DNA of 20,000 nt from an uncultured virus (IMG/VR IMGVR_UViG_3300025809_000016) (lineage: Duplodnaviria; Heunggongvirae; Uroviricota; Caudoviricetes): IMG/VR virus record IMGVR_UViG_3300025809_000016. The stretch is one strand, 5' to 3'. The notes below the pieces were generated by a model. That model saw only the letters and a program-made list of their open reading frames with translations, was not told where the DNA came from and did not search any database. The translations under genes and the position numbers were made by a program. Shown here piece after piece: positions 1 through 8,391 of this stretch; the first letter of the stretch is position 1, and every line of letters begins with the position of its first letter.

Positions 1-1
1 A

Positions 2-85
2 GACCACTACAAGAACATGGATGCTCTGGAATTGTTCAGCGCACTAAATATAAACGTAACAAAGTTGGAGAACCACCTTGAGTAA
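2..85 (+). CDS. 3' end of upstream gene, possibly dCMP deaminase (partial)
   Basis: Open frame from the window edge, DHYKNMDALELFSALNINVTKLENHLE*, with its stop overlapping the RNR start. It resembles the Y-x-x-x-x-G/A-L-x-L/F...I-x-V tail of dCMP deaminases, but only 27 aa are visible. Confidence 0.35.
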   Translation, partial: DHYKNMDALELFSALNINVTKLENHLE

Positions 86-1946
86 CCCCACCTACCGGGC
101 ATTCACGCCTTATGAGGAATTCATCTATCTGAGCCGCTATTCTAAGTGGCGAGATGAAGATAACAGAAGAGAAACTTGGCCTGAAACTGTTGATCGTGTA
201 GTTGACGCTTTCCAGAGACAGACAAACAGTAATAAAGACATCCCTTGGGGAAGTATCCGTCACGCCATACTGAACAGGGACGTTATGCCCTCAATGCGCG
301 TTATGATGGCTGCTGGCCCTGCCCTAGATAACAACCACATCGCTGCTTACAACTGTGCTTACACAGACATTACAAGCTACGCCACCTTTGCTGAGTGCCT
401 GTATGTTCTTATGCACGGTACTGGACTTGGTTTCGGAGTTAGTAAGAAAGCTATCGATAAACTAGACGTAGTAGCCCCTTGCAACGGACGTAAGATCAAC
501 TATAAGATTGATGATTCCAAAGAAGGCTGGAGAGACAGTGTAGCAGTTGCTTGTGACCTAATCCCTAAAGGGTATAAGGTATACTTCGACTACAGCGCAA
601 TCCGACCAGAAGGCGCACGATTGAAGACATTCGGTGGCAGAGCTAGTGGCCCAGAGCCTCTTAAACAGCTTCACCAACATCTGATATCCGTGTTCAGTGA
701 TGCTCGTGGTAGATCTTTGTCTACTAAAGAAGCACACTCGATTGTATGTAAGATAGCAGAAGTAGTAGTAGTTGGTGGCGTAAGACGGTCTGCCCTGATT
801 AGCTTGTCTGACCTCGATGATCGAGAGATGGCACTTGCTAAGTCAGGCGACTGGTGGATTCAGAACGGTGAATTCGGTCTCGCTAACAACAGTGCATTAT
901 ATCACAGCAAACCATCACAACAGGAGTTCGCAACTGAATGGCAAACCTTAATCGATTCAGGGTCAGGAGAACGAGGAATATTCAATCTTCAATCCGCGTA
1001 CAGCAAATGCATCGAAATAGGGAGGAAGCCCCTAATAGCAGGAGTGAACCCGTGTGGGGAAATACTTCTGAGGGATGGTCAGTTCTGCAACCTGTCGGAA
1101 GCAGTGATTCGACCGGAAGACACGATAGACACACTAGCAGCGAAAATTAAGATCGCTTCTATCATCGGAACTATCCAGTCTACCTTTGATGTCTTCAATG
1201 GCCTCAGTGATAAGTGGACTATTAATACTAAGGAAGAAAGGCTCCTCGGTGTCTCTATGACTGGTATTATGGATAACCCATTAACTAACGGTAAAGACGA
1301 CGGCTTGGATTACAGGCTGGCAATATTGAGAGCACATGCTAGAGATGTTAACATTGAATACGCTGAGATCTTGGGTGTCAACCCTTCTACAGCTATTACA
1401 ACTGTTAAGCCTTCTGGTACTGTATCTCAGCTGTGTGGTGTCTCTTCTGGTATCCACCCTGCTCACGCTAATTCTTATATTAGACGAGTAAGGAACGATA
1501 AGAAAGACCCCTTGACACAATTGATGATTGCTGAAGGTGTTCCCGGTGATACCGATGTTATGAACCCTAAGACACATGTCTTTGAGTTCGGCATTGAGCG
1601 ACCTGATTCACTAACGCGAGATGACTTTACTGCTATCGAGTTCTTAGAGATCTGGAAATCATATAAAGTACATTGGACAGATCACAATCCAAGTGTTACA
1701 GTAAGCGTACACGATAGTGAGTGGCGTGCAGTAGGTGATTGGGTGTTTGAGAACTTCGATATTGTAGGTGGCTTAAGCTTCTTACCTTTCGATGGTGGCA
1801 CGTACCAACAAACACCTTACGAGACTTCTACCGATCTGCCTGTTGCAGTGAAAGTGGATTACACTAAACTTCCCGAGTACGAGAAGCAAGATAGTACGAC
1901 CGGAGACCAACAGCTGGCTTGTAGCGCTGGGGTCTGTGAGATATAA
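78..1946 (+). CDS. nrdJ: Class II (adenosylcobalamin-dependent) ribonucleotide reductase, RTPR/NrdJ type
   Basis: Motifs PSMR, YNCAY, VVVGGVRRSALISLS, NPCGEI (thiyl radical Cys), FCNLSE, TVKPSGTVSQL and C-terminal redox pair CSAGVCEI. TTG start with GGAG at 67-70. No beta subunit gene follows. Confidence 0.93.
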   Translation: MSNPTYRAFTPYEEFIYLSRYSKWRDEDNRRETWPETVDRVVDAFQRQTNSNKDIPWGSIRHAILNRDVMPSMRVMMAAGPALDNNHIAAYNCAYTDITSYATFAECLYVLMHGTGLGFGVSKKAIDKLDVVAPCNGRKINYKIDDSKEGWRDSVAVACDLIPKGYKVYFDYSAIRPEGARLKTFGGRASGPEPLKQLHQHLISVFSDARGRSLSTKEAHSIVCKIAEVVVVGGVRRSALISLSDLDDREMALAKSGDWWIQNGEFGLANNSALYHSKPSQQEFATEWQTLIDSGSGERGIFNLQSAYSKCIEIGRKPLIAGVNPCGEILLRDGQFCNLSEAVIRPEDTIDTLAAKIKIASIIGTIQSTFDVFNGLSDKWTINTKEERLLGVSMTGIMDNPLTNGKDDGLDYRLAILRAHARDVNIEYAEILGVNPSTAITTVKPSGTVSQLCGVSSGIHPAHANSYIRRVRNDKKDPLTQLMIAEGVPGDTDVMNPKTHVFEFGIERPDSLTRDDFTAIEFLEIWKSYKVHWTDHNPSVTVSVHDSEWRAVGDWVFENFDIVGGLSFLPFDGGTYQQTPYETSTDLPVAVKVDYTKLPEYEKQDSTTGDQQLACSAGVCEI

Positions 1947-1952
1947 ATGAGT

Positions 1953-1990
1953 GATTCCCCTGACCCCTAAAAAGGTTGGGGGATTCTTAT
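1953..1990 (+). terminator. Probable intrinsic terminator after nrdJ
   Basis: Stem TCCCCTGACC (1956-1965) / GGTTGGGGGA (1974-1983) with two G-U pairs, followed by TTCTTAT. Confidence 0.6.
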
Positions 1991-2062
1991 GTTAAATAAA
2001 CCGAGGCGCAATGCCTCTATAAATAAACGCCTACCGCAACGGTGGCTAAAGGAATTAGATTA

Positions 2063-2299
2063 ATGAACAACAATACATTCAACGCAGTAAGCAACGCCGT
2101 CCTAGAACTAGCAAAGACTCCAGAGGCTGAAGCTTTTCTGCAAGTCGCTACAGGAACAATAGGAACCCTCGTAGCTAAGACAGCTCTACAAGCAGTAACA
2201 AAGACTCCAGTAGGTATGGCAGTTGTCGGTGTAGCCGCAGCAAGCGCTCTCGCAATAGCCGTCTACAAGAGTTCAAAGGCACCAATAGAAGTAGAATAA
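2063..2299 (+). CDS. Small Ala/Val-rich putative membrane protein
   Basis: AAGGA RBS before ATG 2063 (better than GTG 2042). Hydrophobic stretch PVGMAVVGVAAASALAIAVY followed by KSSK. Confidence 0.7.
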   Translation: MNNNTFNAVSNAVLELAKTPEAEAFLQVATGTIGTLVAKTALQAVTKTPVGMAVVGVAAASALAIAVYKSSKAPIEVE

Positions 2300-2381
2300 A
2301 CCGCAATTCAGGTGCAAAGCCTATCTATTGAATACCAACCTAATCGTTTTAAAACAAAATAAACTTACAGGAATAGACTAT

Positions 2382-3416
2382 ATGAACATTACAAACGCTA
2401 TTACAATCGTAGAACAAATGCTTACTAACAACCTGTCTTTGAAGAAAGGCGCAAGCAATGCAGCATACCTCGTACCAATGCTTTGGTCACTTCCCGGCGA
2501 AGGCAAGACAACTGCTATTGAGGACTTAGCAGAGAAGATGGGTGCAGACATCCGAACAGTGATTGTTGCTGGTTATGATCCTGCTGAGTTAGGCGGCTTC
2601 CCTGTTATTGATAAAGAGAACGAGCAGTATGTACGCTTTGCTCCTTTCTTTATGAAGAACTTTGCTGAAGACAGGCCTACAATCTTGTTCCTCGATGAGC
2701 TCCCACAAGCATGTACTTCAAGTCAGAACATCGTGGCACAGTTGGTCAATGAGCGCCGTATTGGTGAGCACAACTTACCTCCTCAAGTCGTAATTGTTGG
2801 TGCAGGAAATCCGATGGCAGCAAGGGCTGGTACGAACCAATCCCCTTCACATCTGAAATCTCGTCTCACACACTTAGACATTGAAACGGATCACGTTGGC
2901 TTCCGGAAGTATGCTCTGACTAAAGGCTTCAACCCTGCTATTACCTCTTACATCAATGATCGCCCTGAGTGGCTTCAGAAGTTTGATGCTAATGTTAATG
3001 CTTGTCCATCACCACGTTCTTGGGAGCGAGTTAACTCCTTGCTATCCTTGAACCTACCTGATGGAATGAAGCGTGATGCAATACAAGGTCAGCTAGGTGC
3101 TGGTGCAGTAACAGACTTCTTTGGTTACCTAGAGATGTTTGAGCATCTGCCATGTGTAGAGACCGACATTTTCCCATCACCGGAGACTGCTGAGATCCCT
3201 ACACGACCAGACCACCTGTACGCACTATGCAGCAACATTGCTCATAAGGCCACAGATGACACTGCTGAAGCTTTGATCACCTACATCAAGCGTTTCCCTT
3301 CTAAAGAGTTCGCCGCATTCTGTGTGCGTGACTCATTGGCTCGGACTCCTACATTGATGAAAGTACCAGTTGTCCAGACTTGGATGGCTACAGAAGGTCG
3401 TGACTTACTACTATAA
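2382..3416 (+). CDS. MoxR-like AAA+ ATPase
   Basis: Walker A SLPGEGKT, Walker B ILFLDE, sensor-1 GAGN, arginine finger LKSRL, sensor-2 PSPRSWE. AGGA RBS before ATG 2382. Confidence 0.9.
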   Translation: MNITNAITIVEQMLTNNLSLKKGASNAAYLVPMLWSLPGEGKTTAIEDLAEKMGADIRTVIVAGYDPAELGGFPVIDKENEQYVRFAPFFMKNFAEDRPTILFLDELPQACTSSQNIVAQLVNERRIGEHNLPPQVVIVGAGNPMAARAGTNQSPSHLKSRLTHLDIETDHVGFRKYALTKGFNPAITSYINDRPEWLQKFDANVNACPSPRSWERVNSLLSLNLPDGMKRDAIQGQLGAGAVTDFFGYLEMFEHLPCVETDIFPSPETAEIPTRPDHLYALCSNIAHKATDDTAEALITYIKRFPSKEFAAFCVRDSLARTPTLMKVPVVQTWMATEGRDLLL

Positions 3417-3430
3417 AGGAGAAGTAAAGT

Positions 3431-4645
3431 ATGGATGCACAATTAAAAGTTAGTAGAGCAGTAACCCGTCTTGCTTGTACAAACCCGTTCTTCGGGTCTT
3501 GTCTAATGCAGTTGGGAACTATAGAGGATCCTACTTGTTCTACTATGGCTACCGATGGCACAACTGTGTACTGGGGTAGGGCCTTTGTAGATACGCTGAC
3601 TGAGGAGGAGGTAAGGGCTGTGTTGTGTCACGAGGTGATGCACGTAATCCTTATGCACTGCCAAAAGCAGCCTGCACGATACTCTGATTTTAAACTTACT
3701 AACGTAGCTATGGATTACACGATTAATCCTGAGTTGCGGAACAGTGGGCATGTGTTGCCCAAGGGTGTCTTGTTCGATGAGTCTGGAAAGACTGCAGGTT
3801 GGACTTGGCAGGCTATCTACTTGTTACTGGAGGAAGTAAAGAAACAGCAGGAGGGTGAAGGTCAGCCCTCTGAGGGTGGAGAAGATGGAGAAGGCCTAGA
3901 TGGTTTCACAGCTTCAGAAATAGAAGCGATGGCTAATGACATAGCCAATGCTGAAGACCACGTAGGGCCATCTAAGAAGTCGGATTCTGAAACAGAGACC
4001 ACTAAGCAGAAGATACAGGATATGGTTGTCAAGGCTGTTACTACTGCTGAAGGCTCTAAGACTGACTTGCCTGCGGGTATGGAACGTATCTTAGAGGAGA
4101 TCAGAGAGCCGAAGCTGCCTTGGAATGAATTCTTCCAGAACAAGGTAAGAGCAAAGTTCCCAGATGATTTCACCTATCGTAAACCTAACAGGAAGTTCTT
4201 CGCAGATGATCTCTATCTGCCGACTATGTCAGGTGAGCGAGCAGGGACAATCGTGTTAGCTTTGGACACCTCTGGATCAGTACGTGATGAGGAGTTAGCC
4301 GCTTACTGTGGAGAGGTCAACTGTATTATTAATGATCTTAAACCAGAGAAAGTATACCTGATGACGTCTGATTGTAGGGTAGCACAGGTACAGGAATTTG
4401 AAGGTGACATGTGGTTTGATGTCGCTGACTTTAAAGCGTTAGGTGGTGGAGGTACTTCTTTCAGACCGGTATTCGAATACTTGGATGAGAAAGAGATAGC
4501 TGTAGACCAACTAATTTACTTTACTGATATGGGTGTGTATGCCTCGGATTACCCGACAAAGCACCCTGATTTTCCTGTTATATTTGTATCAACTGAACCA
4601 AATCAAACAGCCCCATTTGGGGATGTAGTCTACTTAGAACTATAA
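3431..4645 (+). CDS. Putative metallopeptidase + vWA domain protein (DUF2201-like)
   Basis: TMATDG, HEVMH (HExxH), NVAMDYTIN, acidic Gly-rich linker, vWA MIDAS DTSGS, GGGGTSFRPVF and YFTD. It lies directly downstream of the AAA ATPase with an AAGGAG RBS. Confidence 0.9.
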   Translation: MDAQLKVSRAVTRLACTNPFFGSCLMQLGTIEDPTCSTMATDGTTVYWGRAFVDTLTEEEVRAVLCHEVMHVILMHCQKQPARYSDFKLTNVAMDYTINPELRNSGHVLPKGVLFDESGKTAGWTWQAIYLLLEEVKKQQEGEGQPSEGGEDGEGLDGFTASEIEAMANDIANAEDHVGPSKKSDSETETTKQKIQDMVVKAVTTAEGSKTDLPAGMERILEEIREPKLPWNEFFQNKVRAKFPDDFTYRKPNRKFFADDLYLPTMSGERAGTIVLALDTSGSVRDEELAAYCGEVNCIINDLKPEKVYLMTSDCRVAQVQEFEGDMWFDVADFKALGGGGTSFRPVFEYLDEKEIAVDQLIYFTDMGVYASDYPTKHPDFPVIFVSTEPNQTAPFGDVVYLEL

Positions 4646-4655
4646 GGAATATTAT

Positions 4656-5801
4656 ATGAATAGTCTTAACATATCTAGAGATTTAGAAGCACAAAGCTAC
4701 TTCGCAAGCACTATCCAGCCTCTCTGTGCTCTAATTAATCAGCTGAAGTTCTCTGAAGTCTTTGATAACGAAACGGGGAAGGTATTACCCCATATCGCGA
4801 AGGATCTGTCAATCGCTGAGATATCCGCAAGAGAGCATTTAGAGATAGTCTGCTATCGCGAGAAAGTATCTGTAGACGCGGTATTAGAAATCATAGAGCG
4901 CAGGTTAGACCGTACTAGGGCTAAGTTTGCTGATATGTTTCCTACTCCCGCAGATGCCCAAGATGACTTTCAGGCCATTGCGTCAGAGCTGTTTGACTAC
5001 GGAAGCAGATATGGCTACCGGAGGTTTCTGATGCACGATGTAGACTCTGAGCAAGTTGATGAGCTGTTGCTACTCTTACCTAGAGATGGTGCTACTGTGA
5101 AGCAAGGCTTGGTAGGGCTTTACGTGAAATCTCTTAAGTCTCTGATCAAAGCGCTTGTAAGCTTCACTGCTATAAAAGAGCTGATGCCTACTTACCGTGA
5201 AATAGCGGTAAAGCGGAATGAGACCTTTCGAAAGCTTACTAAATCCAAAGAAGATCTGACGGATGGATTTTTCGGGTCTTGGTCTCTATCAGGTAGGATA
5301 AGCATGAGACGCGAACCTACTTCAAAGATAGAGTTGACTGAGCTAAGAAGAAATGGAGCAAGACGTGTCTCTGTCAGCGATGAGTCTCTGGATAATATGG
5401 GAGCTAGTAATATTAAGATCGCTGCTGACGCTCTATCTTTCCGGACTAAGAAGACAGTGATTACAGATGTAAGGGAATGTAGCGTTGAGGAAATTGCAGC
5501 TGCTGGTAAGAAGATGAAGTTCAAAGGTAACACAAGTGACGTAAGGGTCTACGAGATAACACAAGGCTTCGCTATGGACACTCTTGCATTAGAGACCAAT
5601 GCTTCTCAAACTCACGGTCTTAACACTCGACTAGAGAAGATGAAGAGGAACACTATTGACCTTAGAGGTTACTTTATTACAGTACAGGAAACACCTACGA
5701 TGCATTTCCAATCTGTGACGTTATCGATCGGTCGAGGCTTAGGCTCTACCACGAAGCGCATAGTTGGCGAAGTAATGGACACACTGACTCTATCATTCTA
5801 A
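4656..5801 (+). CDS. Hypothetical protein (381 aa), co-operonic with the AAA/vWA pair
   Basis: Long ORF with AAGGA RBS, 10 nt after the vWA gene stop. No motif recognised. Confidence 0.8.
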   Translation: MNSLNISRDLEAQSYFASTIQPLCALINQLKFSEVFDNETGKVLPHIAKDLSIAEISAREHLEIVCYREKVSVDAVLEIIERRLDRTRAKFADMFPTPADAQDDFQAIASELFDYGSRYGYRRFLMHDVDSEQVDELLLLLPRDGATVKQGLVGLYVKSLKSLIKALVSFTAIKELMPTYREIAVKRNETFRKLTKSKEDLTDGFFGSWSLSGRISMRREPTSKIELTELRRNGARRVSVSDESLDNMGASNIKIAADALSFRTKKTVITDVRECSVEEIAAAGKKMKFKGNTSDVRVYEITQGFAMDTLALETNASQTHGLNTRLEKMKRNTIDLRGYFITVQETPTMHFQSVTLSIGRGLGSTTKRIVGEVMDTLTLSF

Positions 5802-5816
5802 ACTAAGGAAATAACT

Positions 5817-6095
5817 ATGTACACTATTACTCACACACATGCACAGATGAGCGCACTTCTTAACCAGAGTGCTAACGCTGAAATCCAGTTAACCAGTAAG
5901 ATAGCAGACCTGTTATCATCTCGCTCGGCGGCAGTTTCCTTCATCCAGACTACTCAGCTCCAGTCAGTTGTGAACTCTAATCAGCGTTCTATTTATGCGA
6001 TGGACTTGCAGCTCACTCAGGCTAGGAAGGAGTTAGATGTGGCGCAGTATAACTATTACTACGCTAGTAAGCAGTTAGCTACCCTAAACAACTAA
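5817..6095 (+). CDS. Hypothetical protein, likely coiled coil
   Basis: AAGGA RBS and Gln/Ala/Leu-rich helical pattern. Confidence 0.7.
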   Translation: MYTITHTHAQMSALLNQSANAEIQLTSKIADLLSSRSAAVSFIQTTQLQSVVNSNQRSIYAMDLQLTQARKELDVAQYNYYYASKQLATLNN

Positions 6096-6112
6096 ATCAA
6101 CTTTTATCAAAC

Positions 6113-6136
6113 TGATCACACTAAAGAACAACCAAC
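6113..6136 (+). promoter_or_regulatory. Phage-specific promoter-like motif, copy 1
   Basis: TGATCACACTAAAGAACAACCAAC, intergenic. 6114-6136 is 22/23 identical to 14895-14917, and the CACTAAAG core matches the T3 promoter core. Confidence 0.7.
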
Positions 6137-6162
6137 TTAATATAAATCAAAGGAATACAAAT

Positions 6163-6456
6163 ATGAGTAATGATACTTTACGAGCACAAACAATCGAACT
6201 GATGACTGGCTTTATGATGGATAACATCTATGCTGGGCAGAATATCGATACAACTGAACTCCAGAACACTGCTGCACTGTACTACGACTTGGTTCTTGGT
6301 GCAAGGGATGCTATTGCTGCCGAGAATGTAATCAAGGAGAAGCAAGCGGTTGACGCGGTCAAGGCCGGTTATGTCGATGCTTCCAATCCTACACAGGTGG
6401 ACTTGATGGGTGGTGCTCGGGCTGTAGAGAAATCTACGTTCTATAAAGGAGAGTAG
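6163..6456 (+). CDS. Hypothetical protein
   Basis: AAGGA RBS; first gene after the promoter-like motif. Confidence 0.75.
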   Translation: MSNDTLRAQTIELMTGFMMDNIYAGQNIDTTELQNTAALYYDLVLGARDAIAAENVIKEKQAVDAVKAGYVDASNPTQVDLMGGARAVEKSTFYKGE

Positions 6457-6457
6457 T

Positions 6458-6634
6458 ATGGGTTTCCAAGACCAAATGGCTGAACTGAGTAGGCGCATTG
6501 TCTCTTTGGAACAGCAGGTGATCTTCTTAAAAGGAGAGATAGCACTGAGAGATCAGAGAGCTATGAGTGAAGAAGGTGTTGAGCTGCTTAAAGCGGTTGA
6601 GCAAATGAATCAGGAAAGAAGGGAGCAAAAGTAG
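6458..6634 (+). CDS. Small coiled-coil hypothetical protein (58 aa, not in ORF track)
   Basis: MGFQDQMAELSRRIVSLEQQVIFLKGEIALRDQRAMSEEGVELLKAVEQMNQERREQK*. AAGGAG RBS; it fills the gap between neighbours exactly. Confidence 0.75.
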   Translation: MGFQDQMAELSRRIVSLEQQVIFLKGEIALRDQRAMSEEGVELLKAVEQMNQERREQK

Positions 6635-6635
6635 T

Positions 6636-6959
6636 ATGAGTGAACACACTTGTCTAGATGTGGATTTCGACGTGACAACAGGGAGCCGCTGTGTTGCCTG
6701 TAGAGAACGTTCAGAAGCTCACACAGTATGGTTAGCCACTAGGGAGTTTCCTGTCTTTGACCACAGCCCTGCTGATGTGATCAGGTACATTCACGAAGGG
6801 GAGATGGAGATACAAGCGAGGATTATCGACAGTTTCCGTGAGAAGTATTGGGAGCAGAACCGCAGGTGTTATGAACGTGATACTACGATAGCTAAGCTAA
6901 AGAAGGACATCCTAGTGTTAGAACAAGCCATCGACTGGTTTGTAAACTCTAGTGAATAA
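6636..6959 (+). CDS. Hypothetical protein (N-terminal CxxC, C-terminal coiled coil)
   Basis: GGGAG RBS, tightly packed with neighbours. Confidence 0.7.
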   Translation: MSEHTCLDVDFDVTTGSRCVACRERSEAHTVWLATREFPVFDHSPADVIRYIHEGEMEIQARIIDSFREKYWEQNRRCYERDTTIAKLKKDILVLEQAIDWFVNSSE

Positions 6960-7281
6960 GGCAGAAGATTTTAAGCCTGCTTTACAGTACAGTACAGAAG
7001 AACTTATTAAGAGGTTACGTCTGAACATCATACTTCACTCTTGTGTCTATTATCAATTTGATGAAAGCATATGGAGTGATTTCGATTTCGACAGTAAGTG
7101 TAAACAGTTGGTCGCGCTATTAGCGGATCAGCCTAATACTTACAGTGACCGCTTCGATAAGTTCTTTGTAGACTGGGATGGAGAGAGTGGCTTTCACTTC
7201 CCTCACCGAGATCCTTGGGTGTACAGTAAAGCAGAAGAATTAATCAGACTAAACAAACTATATACAACAGGAGAGAAATAG
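6952..7281 (+). CDS. Stand-alone NAD+-dependent DNA ligase N-terminal (Ia / Nlig-Ia-like) domain protein
   Basis: IKRLRLNIILHSCVYYQFDESIWSDFDFDSKCKQLVAL matches the LigA Ia pattern (LR..I..H...YY..D....SD.xY/FD....L..L). There is no KxDG adenylation motif. Confidence 0.75.
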   Translation: MNKAEDFKPALQYSTEELIKRLRLNIILHSCVYYQFDESIWSDFDFDSKCKQLVALLADQPNTYSDRFDKFFVDWDGESGFHFPHRDPWVYSKAEELIRLNKLYTTGEK

Positions 7282-7282
7282 A

Positions 7283-7375
7283 ATGGGATTATTCTTTGTA
7301 ATAGGAGCCGTCTTCTTTGGCGCGCTTCTTATACCAGTTTATGTAATTGATCTATACACTAAAGGGGAGAGGTAG
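7283..7375 (+). CDS. 30-aa single-pass membrane protein
   Basis: MGLFFVIGAVFFGALLIPVYVIDLYTKGER*, with AGGAG RBS. Confidence 0.6.
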   Translation: MGLFFVIGAVFFGALLIPVYVIDLYTKGER

Positions 7376-7459
7376 GTGGATGACGGTACCTTTTACTGCT
7401 TACTTTATATCGCCTTTGTAATAGCTCTGTCAGTATATGAGATATCTAAAGAGGATTAA
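7376..7459 (+). CDS. 27-aa single-pass membrane protein
   Basis: GTG start abutting the previous stop, GGAGAGG RBS, MDDGTFYCLLYIAFVIALSVYEISKED*. Confidence 0.5.
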   Translation: MDDGTFYCLLYIAFVIALSVYEISKED

Positions 7460-7463
7460 AACT

Positions 7464-7679
7464 ATGGAAATGAATGAGATGGTAATGTGTTTCGGGTTTG
7501 TCTTACTGACCCTCACGAGTGTCATATCAGTACCTTTCGTAGCATCGTATGTACTAACGTTGATTAGCAGGCCACATTACCGCAAGTGTTGTAGGTGTGA
7601 AAAGCTTAAGCCGTTAGAGTTAACGCATATGCTGTGTGAGGATTGTATAGATGAATTAGTTAACACAGAGGAATACTAA
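7464..7679 (+). CDS. Small membrane protein with C-terminal zinc ribbon
   Basis: GAGGA RBS before ATG 7464. TM segment, then CCRC...CEDC. Confidence 0.65.
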   Translation: MEMNEMVMCFGFVLLTLTSVISVPFVASYVLTLISRPHYRKCCRCEKLKPLELTHMLCEDCIDELVNTEEY

Positions 7680-8086
7680 TGAACATAGACATATTAACAT
7701 CCGTACTTGAGCACGAAGGTTTCAGAGAGAAGCCTTACCAATGTTCAGAAGGTGTTTGGACTATTGGACACGGGTTGACATACTTGACCGAGAGTGAGTC
7801 TGAAGAGATTGTAGCTAATCGCTTAGAAGACTTGTACGACAGATTAGAAGAGAAGCACACCTGCTTAGAGAGCTACAAGTACGGCACGAGGGTGAGGATC
7901 CTCAATGTCCTTACTGAGATGGCATTCCAAATGGGTTGGACTGGCCTTCATAAGTTCGTTAAGATGTTTGAAGCTATCTCTAACCACGACTTAGGTCTGG
8001 CAGCAGTAGAGATGTTAGATAGTAAATGGGCTAAGCAGACTCCCGGTCGAGCTAATGGTCTTGCACGTAAACTAAGAACCGCTTAA
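7679..8086 (+). CDS. T4-type (GH24) phage lysozyme / endolysin
   Basis: HEGFREKPYQCSEGVWTIGHG (E-x8-C-x5-T), EMAFQMG, AAVEMLDSKWAKQTPGRA. Confidence 0.92.
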   Translation: MNIDILTSVLEHEGFREKPYQCSEGVWTIGHGLTYLTESESEEIVANRLEDLYDRLEEKHTCLESYKYGTRVRILNVLTEMAFQMGWTGLHKFVKMFEAISNHDLGLAAVEMLDSKWAKQTPGRANGLARKLRTA

Positions 8087-8101
8087 ATAAGGAATACTAA
8101 A

Positions 8102-8341
8102 ATGAACACAACTATAATCACTAAGCAAAACCCTTTCGGTGGAGAGCCTCGAACGATCGAAGTCAACCTATCACCAGAAGCGTATGAGCAAGCAGCAGCA
8201 GCGTGGAAAGGAGGTTTGTTAATACAACAAGCATTCCCCACCTTGTCCGCTGATGATCGTGAGTTTATTCTTACCGGACACACCCCTGAAGATTGGGAAG
8301 ACATGTTCGGAGAGGATGATGAGGAAGACGATTACATTTAG
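8102..8341 (+). CDS. Phage hypothetical protein with acidic tail
   Basis: AAGGA RBS. The W..G.LIQ.AFP.LS.DDREF..TG.TP.DW motif is one I recall from small phage proteins of unknown function. Confidence 0.8.
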   Translation: MNTTIITKQNPFGGEPRTIEVNLSPEAYEQAAAAWKGGLLIQQAFPTLSADDREFILTGHTPEDWEDMFGEDDEEDDYI

Positions 8342-8391
8342 GTAGTACCCGCAGTATCTAAACTAAAAATATATTATTAAGGAAGTAAACT

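Noticed and set aside
78..1946. Intein or intron in the RNR, or class I assignment
   Set aside because: The ORF is continuous and compact with all motifs in order. It has a class II-type signature and no beta subunit gene is adjacent downstream.
7347..7372. T3-like CACTAAAGGGGAGA as another promoter copy
   Set aside because: It lies within a small ORF and RBS and lacks GATCAC at the correct spacing. Similar partial matches at 9748, 15762 and 18494 were also not counted.
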